Assembly: GCA_028534125.1 (NCBI GenBank)
Contig: CM052816.1
Location: 11,100,001-11,164,000, forward strand
Direction: 5' to 3'
Origin: Lama glama
Lineage: Eukaryota
Length of the DNA stretch: 64,000 nt
The stretch's first letter is position 1. The number at the start of each line of letters is the position of its first letter. The notes under the pieces are model-generated. The model saw only the letters and a program-made list of their open reading frames with translations, did no database searches and was not told the DNA's origin. Of the stretch, positions 62,661-64,000 are shown one piece after another. Made by a program: the position numbers and the translations under genes.

Positions 62661-63129
62661 TCTTTTTTTTTAATGGATAAAGAAATTGAGTCTTCAGAGA
62701 GTATAAACAGATGTTCAAGATTGCAGAGCTAGATAAAAAAAAAAACAAAACAGATCCAGAATTCTATACTTCATTAGGCAAAACGTGTTCCAGAGCAAGA
62801 GTGAAGAATTCATGAGCTATATTTCTAGCAGACTTGACAGAGCAAAGTACTGCAAAGCCGAGTTCACATATCCTCTCTTCCCACTTTTAAACCTATGAGT
62901 TGCACTTGTGATTGCGGTAAGTGCTTAACTTAATTGGTTTGCATCCATGCCGGGACCTCTGGGATGCCACTTACATAACTCATCCAGAGTCTGTCTTGCC
63001 AATAAGTACGCACAGAGGCCTTCACTCAATAGCCACATAAAACACAGAGCTCGGTTCTCTGCAAGTAGCTACTTGCTTACCCTCATTCTTGGGGTTCAGG
63101 GGAACTAAGGGCAAAAGAACAATAGTAAC

Positions 63130-63350
63130 CGACACACACTGAGCACTTACCATGTGCCAGGCGTTGCTCTGTTACTTTACATTATTTTCCGGCATCATCC
63201 TCACAACAGCCCTGGGAGGTAGGCACGATTATGACCTGCGTCTTAAAGATCGGGACCCTGAGGCACACAGAGATGAATTCACTTGCCCAAGGTCATGGAG
63301 CCCGGGAGTGGCAGAGCCTAGATACCAACCCCAGGGCTCTCTTATTTATA
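63130..63350 (-). mobile_element. MIR SINE fragment
   Basis: gagcacttaccatgtgccaggc...cctcacaacagccctgggaggtagg...ctgaggcacacagag...acttgcccaaggtca. Confidence 0.8.
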
Positions 63351-64000
63351 ACGCTATTCTGCCTCCCAGACACTCTGAGAATGCTTTGTTTTAATTTTGC
63401 GCACCACGGTAAACTGTATGAAATCCTCTCTGTAGTTAAGGTCAGAAATAACTAAGCAAACAAACAAATTATGAGCAGTGGCTTCCTTTGGGATCAGCCC
63501 TCCTGCACCTTGCCCCTTCTCACCCCAGCCCTCTCAGGATGCAGCCTCTCCCAGGCGTCATCGAGCTGCTGTGGGTTTTCCTATTGCTCTGAACAAGACA
63601 AACCAGACGCGGTCAACCTCACTGCCACAGTTCGTGGGGCTACATTTGGTTTCTCCGTCCTTCTTTCTCTCAGTATGCTACAATCACCTCAGACACTGTG
63701 GTTTCCCTTTCCAAGAGCATACAGAGCGCGGATCTGTATAGTTAGAGCACACATGTGTGGGCACAGAGAAAAAAATCAGAGATGTTACTAGAAAATGGTT
63801 AGACCCTCGGTAGGCTCATGAAAGTTTAAAATCAGAGTAAACATGAGGCTCTCTAATTAGACAGCCCTCTTTCTCCTGCCTAGCACTTCCACCAGACTCC
63901 CATTTCTCCTCGAAATAGATCTTCACCAAGGCGAGCATCTTTTTAAAATTCTGCACTACGGAGAGCCAGACTAAGATGGTTCTGTCGAAATTACAAAACA

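Overview
Mammalian genomic DNA, probably camelid, judged from a tRNA-Ala-derived SINE of the camelid Vic-1 type and the L1 3' ends. It is not prokaryotic: I found no CRISPR array, operon or RNA gene. Bases 1-20.2 kb hold coding exons 1-7 of TCERG1 (CA150) on the minus strand, all with GT-AG junctions and a continuous frame (1357 nt). They encode the Pro-rich N-terminus, WW1, a 31-unit QA/QV repeat, a 63-nt cassette exon and WW2; the gene continues off the left edge. A CpG-island promoter with clustered CCAAT boxes lies at about 19.5-20.65 kb. The remaining 44 kb is rich in repeats (L1, L2, MIR, ERVL/MaLR LTRs, MER20 and a roughly 4-kb hAT fossil), with two assembly gaps and a second CpG island at about 56.2-56.7 kb. 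The most interesting unexplained signals are: (1) a chain of minus-strand exon-like blocks with broken reading frames running from that island to a poly(A) signal 2.8 kb upstream of TCERG1, possibly a decayed unannotated gene or lncRNA; (2) a perfect 55-bp inverted copy of an old L1 fragment 2.1 kb from its source; (3) the TCERG1 QA tract being built from the same GGCCTG/CAGGCC hexamer as the SCA36 repeat. Repeat family names come from recalled consensus similarity rather than a database search, and repeat boundaries are approximate.
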